DNA of 64,000 bases from an uncultured Planctomycetota bacterium (GCA_903901045.1 CAIUPP010000108.1:3720-67719), one strand, 5' to 3'. Shown: positions 8,156-15,744, counted from the stretch's first letter. Notes: generated by a model not told the origin, from the letters alone. Program-made: numbers and translations.

Positions 8156-8446
8156 TCATCCCTCCCTCTCTCTGGCTTTATCAATCAGCTTCGATGCCTG
8201 CTCGAAGGTAATGCTCGGGCTGAACTCTACTCCCAACCTTCGCAAGTAGGCCTTCTGCTTTTCTGTGGCGCCATCGCCAACGTGCTGTTGCCTTTCCTGC
8301 CTGATCTGGTTGGCCCGAATGTCCTTAGCCATCTCCTGAAAGATGACCAAAGCGACCTCCCGATCTACCCCAAAATCCTTGATCCCTTTGAAGAGTTCAA
8401 GATACTCTGTGGCTGTCATGCCTGTTGTTTCATTCTCGTTTGCCAT
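8156..8446 (-). CDS. small protein with C-terminal HeH/DUF3072-like motif (ATEKQKAYLRRLGVE..FEQASKLID)
   Basis: The ATG at 8446 lies after CAGGAGGTGA. First gene of a four-gene minus-strand array. Confidence 0.65.
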   Translation of the reverse strand: MANENETTGMTATEYLELFKGIKDFGVDREVALVIFQEMAKDIRANQIRQERQQHVGDGATEKQKAYLRRLGVEFSPSITFEQASKLIDKAREREG

Positions 8447-8531
8447 GTTTTTTCACCTCCTGATCATGAGTTTGTGGCTCTTTGCGCCCCAACCACTGTA
8501 TGGGGCCGCAATGAAGTGTGCCCAAACTCAT

Positions 8532-8618
8532 CCGCTCACCCCCCGAGGGCACAGCCCGAAAAGCCTAAAAGGTTAGCTGGCCCAAAGCGCCTTTTACGCT
8601 TTTCAGGGGGGTGAGCGG
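8532..8618. repeat. 87-bp imperfect palindrome: perfect 13-bp outer arms (CCGCTCACCCCCC / GGGGGGTGAGCGG) enclosing an inverted pair of island motifs
   Basis: Read directly. Inner arms are CGAAAAGCCTAAAAGGTTAGC and reverse-complement TGAAAAGCGTAAAAGGCGC. Confidence 0.6.
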
Positions 8619-8677
8619 CTCTCTTTCGTTTCGATTCCTCGTCATGGCGCGCCATCACGAGCCCCGCGCCGATAGGC

Positions 8678-8740
8678 CACAAGCCTTATATGGTTAGCCG
8701 AACATCGCGGTGTGAGGCGCCTTATATGGCTTGAGAGGGG
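8678..8740. repeat. third inverted pair of island motifs (CACAAGCCTTATATGGTTAGC / reverse complement CTCAAGCCATATAAGGCGC) followed by GAGAGGGG
   Basis: Read directly. Confidence 0.55.
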
Positions 8741-8758
8741 CGAGCGAAATCCGGTAGG

Positions 8759-8775
8759 CGAAAGATATATAAACC
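8759..8775 (+). promoter_or_regulatory. CGAAAGATATATAAACC island motif upstream of the 8813 gene
   Basis: About 44 nt upstream of the ATG at 8813. Confidence 0.35.
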
Positions 8776-8812
8776 CCACCCTCTTTGCATTGTCACTCTG
8801 AAGTTACTACAC

Positions 8813-9376
8813 ATGGACGTTTTCACACTCGCACGAATCAAGAACAGGTATCCGGTCGATTTGGATAGTAGTTATGCTCCTCGGAAGTACGCTGCGGACT
8901 ACCTTCTTCAATGGCAAGGTAGACGTTATGGAAATTCATGGGATCGAGAGAGATATGTTCTCTCAGAGGCCCTTGCTCAACCTGGTCCTGAAGTCAAGAC
9001 CCTGGCCGAGCAGGTCTTCGGAAGCCAAGTTCGCGGGCAAAAGCTCCAGGTCATGCATGAAGCCTCTTTGATCTCCGCCCGATACGAGCTTCACCACCGC
9101 ATTCTCAATGATCTCAACCATCGGCTTTACGGCCTGCAAGAGCGGATCAGCATCACGAAGATGCTCGATACCTGGGGACAGTCGAAACAGCTAATCGACT
9201 TGGAGAAGCTTCTGATCAACCTGGAGGCCCAGAAGAATGATGAACGCCTGGCCTTCTGGAAAGACACCCTGAAAGTCAGACAGGAAATGTTCACCGGAGT
9301 CCGGGAATACCAGTCTGCAAGACAGAGAGCAACAATCTTCAAGGACTTGGAGGCGGGCGATGCCAATCAAGCATAG
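8813..9376 (+). CDS. coiled-coil hypothetical protein, translationally overlapped with the downstream ATPase
   Basis: 187-aa ORF with a 17-nt overlap onto 9360. Confidence 0.55.
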   Translation: MDVFTLARIKNRYPVDLDSSYAPRKYAADYLLQWQGRRYGNSWDRERYVLSEALAQPGPEVKTLAEQVFGSQVRGQKLQVMHEASLISARYELHHRILNDLNHRLYGLQERISITKMLDTWGQSKQLIDLEKLLINLEAQKNDERLAFWKDTLKVRQEMFTGVREYQSARQRATIFKDLEAGDANQA

Positions 9377-11051
9377 CGGCAACCCGGACCGCGTCCGAGA
9401 ACTCTGCCGACAGCTCAAGCCCATTCTTGGAGAGAAGATGGAGCAGGTGTTCCAGGCGTACCTGGCTGAGGACGAAACGGGAAAGCAGCAGCTGGAAGCC
9501 TATCTGGAACTGCTTCAGGCAAAGCATATGCCCGTGCGACTCGACGCGGTTGCCACTCAACTCGTTCCCCCGAATCCCGCGCAAGCTCAGGGTGAATATG
9601 AACTGGGCACCATCCTCTATGGCGGGAAGGATCGCGGCACCTTTGGCCTCCGAGAAAATGAATGGATCCAGCATGTGGGCATCTTCGGCAGGACCGGCGC
9701 GGGCAAGACGAATTTGGGTTTCAAGATCGTCGAAGAACTGGTCAAGCATGGAAAACCTGTTCTCATCTTCGACTGGAAAAGGAATTATCGAGACCTACTC
9801 ACCAAGCCGCTCTTCAAGGACGCGAAAGTGTATACGGTCGGCAAGCCCATCTCTCCCTTCACATTCAATCCCTTGATCCCGCCGCCCGGGACCAGTCCGA
9901 AGACGTGGCTCAAGAAACTCGATGAAGTCATCGCGCATTCGTACATGCTGGGGAATGGCGTGCTCTATCTCCTGCAGCAGACTCTTGACCTACTCTACGA
10001 GGAGTTTGGGGTCTACGATGGCACAGTCCAGCACTGGCCGACGTTTCAGGATGTTCTGGACAAGGCCAGAAAGCTCGATGCGCGAGGAAGGGAAGCTGGG
10101 TGGTTGTCATCCACTTTGAGAGCGTTGGCGTCGCTCTGCTTCGGAGACATGGGCGACCTTGTGAATCATCCCTCCGCCAATAGTCCTGATCAACTCCTCG
10201 ACGAGACGGTTATCCTTGAACTGGACGCATTGACTCAACAGGATAAAATCTTCTTCGCCTCGGCGCTACTTCTGTGGATTCATCACCGCAGGATGACCGA
10301 ACCAACCCGAGAACAGTTCAAGCACGCGATCGTAATTGAGGAGGCCCACCATCTCCTCACGGACGAGCGAAAGAGCCTAGTGGGCGGGCAGTCGGTCATG
10401 GAAATTACGTTCCGTGAAATCAGGGAGTTCGGCGAAAGCATGGTCTTGCTCGACCAACATCCGAGTCAGATATCCCTTCCTGCCCTCGGAAACACATTTG
10501 CGACCATATCCCTGAATCTCAAGACTTCGAAAGACGTGACTGCGATGGCTCAGTGCATGCTTCTTGAAAACGAGGAAAAGGATATTCTCGGCAGCCTGGA
10601 AGTCGGTCAGGCCGTAGTCAAGCTGCAGGGAAGAGTCCAAGGGCCGTTCCTGATCCGCATTCCCGAGTTCCAGATCGTGAAGGGCGCGGTTACGGATGAG
10701 ATGATCCGGGCCAGATTACGGACAGAACAGGAGTACGCGCCTGGAATCTCACGTCAGGAGCACAAACCACCGGCGCCGCCAGTGCCTTCTCTGCCATCAA
10801 TCGCACTGGCTAAACCAGAAACGGACGATTTCGTGGCGGCGTTTCTCAATGATGTGGTCGCTCATCCTGAATGCGGCATCGCGGAACGGTACAAGCGACT
10901 CGGCATTAGTGTGCGCCAAGGTCAAAAGATCAAGCTTCGGCTTCTCGAAGCGGGCCTAGTCCATGAGCAGGCAGAGTTCACGAAGACTGGGCGATTGATG
11001 AGACTGGAGTTGACGGGCAAAGGGCACGCAATCGTCGCGGCCTCCACATAG
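9360..11051 (+). CDS. FtsK/HerA-superfamily P-loop ATPase (DUF87-like) with C-terminal winged HTH
   Basis: Walker A GIFGRTGAGKTN, Walker B AIVIEEAHHLL, LLDQHPSQ. C-terminal RYKRLGISVRQGQKIKLRLLEAGLV...LTGKGHAIV. Confidence 0.85.
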   Translation: MPIKHSGNPDRVRELCRQLKPILGEKMEQVFQAYLAEDETGKQQLEAYLELLQAKHMPVRLDAVATQLVPPNPAQAQGEYELGTILYGGKDRGTFGLRENEWIQHVGIFGRTGAGKTNLGFKIVEELVKHGKPVLIFDWKRNYRDLLTKPLFKDAKVYTVGKPISPFTFNPLIPPPGTSPKTWLKKLDEVIAHSYMLGNGVLYLLQQTLDLLYEEFGVYDGTVQHWPTFQDVLDKARKLDARGREAGWLSSTLRALASLCFGDMGDLVNHPSANSPDQLLDETVILELDALTQQDKIFFASALLLWIHHRRMTEPTREQFKHAIVIEEAHHLLTDERKSLVGGQSVMEITFREIREFGESMVLLDQHPSQISLPALGNTFATISLNLKTSKDVTAMAQCMLLENEEKDILGSLEVGQAVVKLQGRVQGPFLIRIPEFQIVKGAVTDEMIRARLRTEQEYAPGISRQEHKPPAPPVPSLPSIALAKPETDDFVAAFLNDVVAHPECGIAERYKRLGISVRQGQKIKLRLLEAGLVHEQAEFTKTGRLMRLELTGKGHAIVAAST

Positions 11052-11115
11052 TTCATAGGACTCAGACCAAATGTGACCGCCGGCCGCTATGTGTGCAACT
11101 CGTATGCCGTAAGGG

Positions 11116-12558
11116 TTATGGTTGGCATGACTTGTCAAGAAGGGTCTCACATAATTTCGCAATCATGGCTTGTCGAGGGTCTTTATACGCCTTGAGATAC
11201 CGACTATTTACGTCCGCGACCCAGGTTTTGGCCTTGCGCGTCAAATCCTGCTCGTGGACAAGGATGTTTCCCAACGCCTGTAATGCTGCCGGATATTTCT
11301 TTTCCCTCATGTGGATTCTGTACAGTTCGATGTTCGCGCGAATGACACCAAAGGTTGCTGAGACCGCTTCAGACTGTACTCTCGCAAGCTTCAGACGCTC
11401 CAGCACATCAGAAACATGGATGTGTCCAATCCCTGCTTCGTATCTGCAATCGTCCAACAACGCCTGTTCGATCGTCATTCGAGCCTCTTCCTCAGGATGG
11501 TCCCTTTCATACACTGTGCCAAGCTGCTTCAACAAATCCCTCGCGGTGTTCATGGTCTCGTCGGCTTTTTCGAAGAGTATCCTCAACCTTTTCCGGTGTT
11601 CACATGGATCGAGACGCACTAAGGATCGTATTTCGTTACGGCAAGCTGAAAGCAGGTCACGATACGCCTTGAATTCCTCCAAGTCGTCCAAATGTGTTCG
11701 TCTGCTTTCGTCGAGATCCTTCAGCAATCGCAGTGATTCCTCTGCAGCGGCGCGAGCCTTTTCGAACTCTCCCGCATGGCGCAATTGCTTTGAGAGCAGT
11801 CGGTAAGCTGTGTAGTGACCTCCTGTTTGCACGAGAAACTCCTCTATCTCCTTTCGTTGACATAGATGCTCTTCGTGCTCAACGTTGCTGGTTGCGCTGC
11901 CCGTGTGCAAGTGGAAATACTGCGCCAAAAGATCCACGAAGAATGGTCTCTTGCCGCGGAGACACAATCGCGCGAGGGCATTGGCGGCGCTTTTCTTGCG
12001 AAAGTATCCCTTTTCCTTACAGATGTGATTCTCGACCAGGAGACCTAGAACGAACCAATCATCGGCAAACTCCATCGCGCTAGCCAACCGCTCCTGAGTT
12101 CCCGTCTGTGCGCCAAGCACGACTTCGCCAAAGCTTCCAAGTAGTTGCTCAACAGTGACATCCGACCCGGGTGGAGAGATGCGTTTGATGCCGCACAACA
12201 GTTGGAGCAACTTCAGGAGTAGCTGTCGTTCCTTCTCCGTATACTGACTGCAGCATCGAGAAAGATCGCGCATCCACCGTTCAGGTTCGGCTGCGCGGGT
12301 ATCGCCCGTAACCAGCGTCGGCATTGGCGTGAGGCCAAGCTTCTCAAAAAGAAGCTTCGCCCTATGGTAACCCAGAGGCGTCGTCTTCGGCTGATTGAGT
12401 ATTCTGGAGATGAACCCTGGGTCAACGCCAAGCTCTCGTGCGAGTTGCACCTGACTCTTGATCTTCCGCCGTTTTTTATACAAACGTATCTGATTTCCGA
12501 TATCCTCCACTTCAATTCCCCACCTCCGCCGCCCCCCCTCACTCTGGTCAAGACTCAT
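11116..12558 (-). CDS. XRE-family HTH regulator fused to a ~400-aa all-helical TPR-like domain
   Basis: IGNQIRLYKKRRKIKSQVQLARELGVDPGFISRILN at the N-terminus. GGAGG lies 8 nt before ATG 12558. The remainder is long and helical-repeat-like. Confidence 0.75.
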   Translation of the reverse strand: MSLDQSEGGRRRWGIEVEDIGNQIRLYKKRRKIKSQVQLARELGVDPGFISRILNQPKTTPLGYHRAKLLFEKLGLTPMPTLVTGDTRAAEPERWMRDLSRCCSQYTEKERQLLLKLLQLLCGIKRISPPGSDVTVEQLLGSFGEVVLGAQTGTQERLASAMEFADDWFVLGLLVENHICKEKGYFRKKSAANALARLCLRGKRPFFVDLLAQYFHLHTGSATSNVEHEEHLCQRKEIEEFLVQTGGHYTAYRLLSKQLRHAGEFEKARAAAEESLRLLKDLDESRRTHLDDLEEFKAYRDLLSACRNEIRSLVRLDPCEHRKRLRILFEKADETMNTARDLLKQLGTVYERDHPEEEARMTIEQALLDDCRYEAGIGHIHVSDVLERLKLARVQSEAVSATFGVIRANIELYRIHMREKKYPAALQALGNILVHEQDLTRKAKTWVADVNSRYLKAYKDPRQAMIAKLCETLLDKSCQP

Positions 12559-12796
12559 CAGTATGCCTCCCCAATCTCGTACTCACAATTGTCACTGTGC
12601 AACATCCAGCATTGTAGTGCGACAATATTACAAAAACAAGTGGCACAGCGACTTGCGAACGACAATTTCTGAGGCACAATAGACTGCAGATGTCATACGT
12701 TAGTAAGTCCAGTGTAAATGAGCGACGCCAGCGAGGTGGCTGCCAAGGACTTTCAACGAATCAAGAACGGCGAGTTGCCCTTAAGGAAGCCTCACG
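12559..12796. promoter_or_regulatory. A/T-rich divergent intergenic region with ACAATTGT palindrome (12585-12592) and further GACAAT/CACAAT half-sites (12621, 12661, 12675)
   Basis: Read directly. Lies between the XRE regulator and the long plus-strand operon. Confidence 0.4.
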
Positions 12797-12967
12797 ATGT
12801 TCAAGGAACTGGGCGACAGATTGGAAGCGGGAATGCGTGGAATGATCATGTTGCTCGTGCTCTTGATGGCGCTGTCCGTCATTGCGCTCGGTACTTATCT
12901 GATAGTGATGGTCTGCTGGCGGATTGGCGTACTGTGTGCCAACAGCATTTTGCAGGGCCCATGGTAG
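12797..12967 (+). CDS. 56-aa single-pass membrane peptide
   Basis: Hand translation gives MFKELGDRLEAGMRGMIMLLVLLMALSVIALGTYLIVMVCWRIGVLCANSILQGPW. Third-position G/C use is better than in the overlapping 88-aa ORF. Below the ORF-track length cut-off. Confidence 0.35.
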   Translation: MFKELGDRLEAGMRGMIMLLVLLMALSVIALGTYLIVMVCWRIGVLCANSILQGPW

Positions 12968-12976
12968 AGGAATCCC

Positions 12977-13567
12977 ATGTTTGAGACCGTGAAACGCCTG
13001 CTGAGCTACTTCCTGGGCCGTTCGTCGCAGGGCGCTGCGCGGCCGCCGGCGTCGGCGCCAAATCAGCCCCTGACCAGCGACGAAATGCCGATCCCTCCCG
13101 GTCGGCCCATCGAGCGCACGGTTGAACGGCAAGTCATTCCGGGGACGAGGCTCTCAATCATGGTTACCCAATCGGCGTATTCTGGCCCGGATGGGTCGCT
13201 CGACCGGGTGCGTGATGTCCGGGGCGTGATGGCTGGCTGCAGCCATCTGGTCACAAGCTATGAGCAACTCGGCGGACGCTGCATCTTCTGTCAGACGGAG
13301 GCCGCGGAGTTGGTGTCGGCTGGCGCGACAGACCTTGCCGCGTTGGAAGCAATGACGCTCTTTTGCGTGTCGTGTATGTCCGAATGCGCATTATGCCGCC
13401 GCACGATATGCCGTCGGCACGCTCTCCAGTGGCAGGATGATGTCGGCGCGGTCGCATATCTCTGTCCGACCTGCCGAGAGGCCGCAGACCGCGCGCGATT
13501 TTTCCAGAAGCTGATGCGCGCGATTACGTTCCCGTTTGTCAACAATCCGGATCAGGAACACAAATGA
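12977..13567 (+). CDS. cysteine-rich zinc-binding protein with RING-like (C4C4) spacing
   Basis: GAGGA lies 5 nt before the ATG. Spacing is C102-x2-C105-x24-C130-x2-C133-x3-C137-x2-C140-x22-C163-x2-C166, plus C145 and H148. Confidence 0.65.
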   Translation: MFETVKRLLSYFLGRSSQGAARPPASAPNQPLTSDEMPIPPGRPIERTVERQVIPGTRLSIMVTQSAYSGPDGSLDRVRDVRGVMAGCSHLVTSYEQLGGRCIFCQTEAAELVSAGATDLAALEAMTLFCVSCMSECALCRRTICRRHALQWQDDVGAVAYLCPTCREAADRARFFQKLMRAITFPFVNNPDQEHK

Positions 13568-15744
13568 GCGCCCTGGATCGAACGATCAACACAGGTTTCC
13601 TCGACAACGGCGACTTCGGGTTCCGAAGGCTGACGCCCGACCCTGAACTCGCCCGTCTGGAGAAGATCCTGGACAAGAAAGGCATGAAACAGCGTCCGGA
13701 AGTCCAGGAACTGGAACTGCAAGCCGCTCTTGGCTGGCCAGGCACGAGGGTATGGGCGCGGGAGCGACTGCAAGCAGCCATTGATGCCGAAGAAATGGAT
13801 GCCGTTCGCAACCCGGATGAGTTCCGGCCGTACGCGCCAAATCATCTGCTGAACGATGGCGACCTCCACGTCTTCAACCAAGTGGACGGGGTAGAACGAC
13901 GGTTGCGTCCTGACGTTCTTCTGCGCGGGACTCTTATCTGTGGCCCTCAGGGCGGCGGCAAGACCAGGCTCGTGGCCTACATTATTAGACAGATTCTGCG
14001 CAACTACCCCTCAATCCGTGTCTTCATGATTGACCCGAAGGGAGAACTTGTCTCGTACGCCGACGATTTTCCCACCACAGTCCATGTTCCCGGTTCGGAG
14101 ATTTCACTCGATTTCGGCGCTCCTGAAGAGAAGGATCGCGCCGCTCACCTACGAGAGAACCTCCAGCATATGAGTGGCGTCTGCCATCTTATTCAGGGAA
14201 CGAGCCTTCTGTACGAAGCCGGTGAGATTGCGCTTCCTCAGCTCGATGTCGCCCGGCGCGTCACCGGTCAGAATCTCGAAGTCTGCATCCGCGACATTCG
14301 ACTTGCATTGCCGATGGTTCCGGATACTTCAGATTACAAGCGCCAGGGCTTCCTGCAATCGACTCAGACGGCCACGCTGCGAATCGAACTCGGGAGCGGC
14401 AAGCTCTTCGTATGCAGAAAAGGCGCCTCAATGCGTCGATTGTTCGGTGCCAATCCCATTCTCACTACGCAGGACCTTGTTGACCCGTGGCCTTGCGAAA
14501 TGCTGCTGCTCACGATCTTCAACTGGCTCCGTCGGGACGCGCGTAGCCAGCCGACGACGAATGAACTGCGGGCACTTGTGGTCATTGATGACGCGCACCT
14601 GTACATGAGCAAAGAGGTCAGCGCGGTTATCACGGCCCCACTCGAATGGACGTTGGCGATTCTGCGCAGCAGTGGCGTTGGCGTCATTCTGGTGAGCCAT
14701 CTGCCAAGCCAAATTCAGCCGGGCGTGCTGGCTCTGTGCCAATTGATGCTGATTGTCGGAGGCGTGCATGGCGGCCCTGATCGGGAGGTGATCGCGAAGG
14801 CACTTTCACTGAATCACGAGCAAGAGCGGCAGCTTGGGCGCATGCAGCCGCGTGAGGTCGTGGGTTTCTACGCCGGGTCGCGATGGCCGTTACCCATTCA
14901 TGGGTGGACTGCAGATATGCCAGACCCCCGTCCCGACTGGTCAGCGATTGCGGAGCGCAGCAAGGCGTTCATCGCCAGTCTGGGCATACTTCCCTACCAG
15001 AACCTGTGGGAGTACCGGGAGGTGGTTGTTGTCCAAAACCCGCCTGCCCAACCCCAGGTACCCGCCGCCGGGGACTCGTCGATGGAACGCCCGACGGCCG
15101 AAGGCCTGCCAGCGAACGCCAATCGACTGCTATGGGATTGCATCTCCTATCCTTTTGATAAGTACACGGCCAGGTTGGATCGTCTCGAACTGTCCGGTCG
15201 CGACGGACAGACCGCACGGCGTGTCCTCGAACAGAGCGACTTGGTCCGTTCTCTGGACGTCGGACAAGCAATCTATTTGATCGTCACGCGTGATGGCTAC
15301 AAGGTTCACCAGCAAGCACCCCACGCTCACTTCAGTGAACAACTTCTAGAGCACAACTACCTAGAAGCTCTGGCCCGACATTATCTACTCCAGGAGCCTT
15401 CCGTAGACCGAGTGGAATTGCACGTGCCGGTCAATGACAAAGGAGCTTGCGTGGACATGGTCGTATACCGGAAAGACGGATCCATGGAGGCTTGGGAGCT
15501 CACGATCAGCACCGGCAATGTAACCGGGAACGCAATCAAGTGTGGCGGCGAAGGCTTCCGTCGCATCGTCTTTCTGTGCAGGGACCACGCCGTGCGGCAG
15601 GCTGTGTCAAAGCGCATCGAACGATCGGGACTGCCACCGGACCTGAAACACCGCCTGCGGTACGTGTTGTTTAGCACACTGACGCGCAAGGACCAAGAGG
15701 CGCGACGTGAACGCGGTTGGCCCCGGAACGAAGTGAGACACTGA
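13564..15744 (+). CDS. FtsK/HerA-superfamily ATPase with wHTH and C-terminal PD-(D/E)xK-like domain
   Basis: ATGA overlap with the upstream gene. Walker A GPQGGGKT, Walker B LVVIDDAH, VSHLPSQ (paralogous to 9360-11051). C-terminal EHNYLEALARHYL..VELHVP..VDMVVY..AWELTIS..NAIKC. Confidence 0.85.
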   Translation: MSALDRTINTGFLDNGDFGFRRLTPDPELARLEKILDKKGMKQRPEVQELELQAALGWPGTRVWARERLQAAIDAEEMDAVRNPDEFRPYAPNHLLNDGDLHVFNQVDGVERRLRPDVLLRGTLICGPQGGGKTRLVAYIIRQILRNYPSIRVFMIDPKGELVSYADDFPTTVHVPGSEISLDFGAPEEKDRAAHLRENLQHMSGVCHLIQGTSLLYEAGEIALPQLDVARRVTGQNLEVCIRDIRLALPMVPDTSDYKRQGFLQSTQTATLRIELGSGKLFVCRKGASMRRLFGANPILTTQDLVDPWPCEMLLLTIFNWLRRDARSQPTTNELRALVVIDDAHLYMSKEVSAVITAPLEWTLAILRSSGVGVILVSHLPSQIQPGVLALCQLMLIVGGVHGGPDREVIAKALSLNHEQERQLGRMQPREVVGFYAGSRWPLPIHGWTADMPDPRPDWSAIAERSKAFIASLGILPYQNLWEYREVVVVQNPPAQPQVPAAGDSSMERPTAEGLPANANRLLWDCISYPFDKYTARLDRLELSGRDGQTARRVLEQSDLVRSLDVGQAIYLIVTRDGYKVHQQAPHAHFSEQLLEHNYLEALARHYLLQEPSVDRVELHVPVNDKGACVDMVVYRKDGSMEAWELTISTGNVTGNAIKCGGEGFRRIVFLCRDHAVRQAVSKRIERSGLPPDLKHRLRYVLFSTLTRKDQEARRERGWPRNEVRH

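Noticed and set aside
8733-8752. GAGAGGGGCGAGCGAAATCC as a possible attR copy of the tRNA-Ser 3' end (GAGAGGGCGGGATTCGAACC)
   Set aside because: Similarity collapses after the first 8 nt, and the string belongs to the G-rich flank of the third repeat box.
1-8800. The idea that the window, or its left part, is actually archaeal DNA or a chimeric assembly, because of Orc1/Cdc6, BRE/TATA-like motifs and leaderless-looking starts
   Set aside because: The island is physically bounded by a bacterial-type tRNA-integrase junction. The rest of the contig encodes typical bacterial functions: an OmpR regulator, a lipobox lipoprotein, a type IV prepilin-like signal, ArnT-like genes and a sigma70-like promoter. 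Archaeal ancestry of the module remains only a hypothesis, and mis-assembly can be excluded only with read-level data.
11167-11190. Island-motif-like CTCAAGGCGTATAAAGACC on the minus strand inside the XRE/TPR gene
   Set aside because: It lies within the coding sequence (the ...YLKAYKDP... codons) with no gene downstream. Probably a chance match.
12718-12984. 88-aa ORF overlapping the 56-aa membrane-peptide ORF
   Set aside because: After about 26 codons its third positions become T-rich, while the alternative frame gives a clean TM helix and ends 9 nt before the next SD-equipped start. Neither ORF is proven.
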